This document shows, piece by piece, positions 44,500 to 45,204 of a stretch of 45,204 nucleotides of DNA; the stretch's first letter is position 1; every line of letters starts with the position of its first letter. This DNA is from an uncultured Oribacterium sp. (GTDB taxonomy: Bacteria; Bacillota; Clostridia; Lachnospirales; Lachnospiraceae). The notes below the pieces were generated by a model. The model worked only from the letters and a program-made list of their open reading frames with translations, did no database searches and was not told the origin of the DNA. The position numbers and the translations under genes were made by a program. The DNA is taken from the NCBI GenBank assembly GCA_963534765.1, contig CAUSUG010000001.1, positions 1-45,204 on the forward strand, given 5' to 3'.

Positions 44500-45204
44500 T
44501 ACATCTCCACCTCTCTACTATTGCTGATTCGAACTTGAATCAGGGAAATAACCGCCAGAATAATAAAGAACAAAATAGCCTTCGCCTGAGCCAGTGCAAA
44601 ATTATTCTTTGCAATAGCCGTGTTGTAAATATTTAAAGCAAGCATCTGGGTACCGTTAGATAAATAGGAACCCATAAAGTCCGCCACAGAGCCCGTTCCG
44701 TTAGTCAAAGCCATATTCACATCAAACTGTTTAAAAGCAGAGGTTAAAGTCAAGAAAGTACAAATGGTAATGGTGGAAGCAATCATCGGAAGCTTAACCT
44801 TGAATAAGGTTTGTAACGCCGTAGCCCCATCAATCTGGGCAGCCTCCAGCACATCTCCGGGAATCTGTGTAAGCCCGGTAACATAAATCAACATGATATA
44901 TCCGCCACTTTGCCAGAGATAAACCACAATAATGGCCAGCATCGCTGTCTTGGTCTGGGATAACATGGAAAATTTCATATAATTCATCAAAACATTGTTG
45001 AAGACGAACTGCCAGATATAACCAAGAACAATTCCTCCAATCAAGTTCGGTAAAAAGTAAGCAGCTCTGAAAAAGGCCACTCCACGCATTTTAACAGTAC
45101 AAAGTAGAGCCAATAAGAACCCTACCAGATTAATCATTACAACATTAATAATAACAAATACAAAGGTAATTAAAACGGACCAGATAAAGGCCGGATCTTT
45201 AAAC
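44499..45204 (-). CDS. Carbohydrate ABC transporter permease (MalF/MsmF-type); 5' end outside the window
   Basis: Frame stays open to the window edge (FKDPAFIWSV...); FLPNLIGGIVLGYIWQF, EAAQIDGA, FKQFD. Confidence 0.93.
   Translation of the reverse strand, partial: FKDPAFIWSVLITFVFVIINVVMINLVGFLLALLCTVKMRGVAFFRAAYFLPNLIGGIVLGYIWQFVFNNVLMNYMKFSMLSQTKTAMLAIIVVYLWQSGGYIMLIYVTGLTQIPGDVLEAAQIDGATALQTLFKVKLPMIASTITICTFLTLTSAFKQFDVNMALTNGTGSVADFMGSYLSNGTQMLALNIYNTAIAKNNFALAQAKAILFFIILAVISLIQVRISNSREVEM

Overview
Mostly core chromosome of a low-GC Gram-positive anaerobe. Gene content and order look Lachnospiraceae-like, possibly Oribacterium (an inference, not a database result). I find 38 protein genes (2 cut by the window edges, 32 on the - strand) and one tRNA-Arg(ACG). 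Blocks: iscS/rsmE, metY, an ECF S-component, a 2-hydroxy-acid oxidase plus AEC transporter unit, recJ-glyA, a CPBP protease, a DUF853 ATPase, an Rrf2 regulator, a SARP/BTAD regulator, an OmpR-type two-component pair, a long secA-prfB-hom / tsaE-tsaB-rimI-rnz-tsaD-ispD-nudC-ansA run, hpf, a surface-glycan cluster (esterase, priming glycosyltransferase, LCP, O-antigen-ligase-like), htrA and an alpha-glucoside ABC/LacI/2xGH13 locus. I see no transposase, integrase, prophage or CRISPR array. Best leads: (1) a candidate leader-peptide attenuator (13-codon ORF, mutually exclusive 1:2/2:3/3:4 stems, terminator) directly before the t6A operon; (2) a SARP/BTAD transcription factor with a catalytically dead GGDEF-like domain that keeps the RxxD I-site, a possible c-di-GMP receptor; (3) a 215-bp fully folding MITE-like element with 15-bp terminal inverted repeats; (4) a prfB that has lost its programmed frameshift where UGA stops are rare; (5) pervasive short tandem duplications in spacers and protein loops. 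All functional interpretations are hypotheses.
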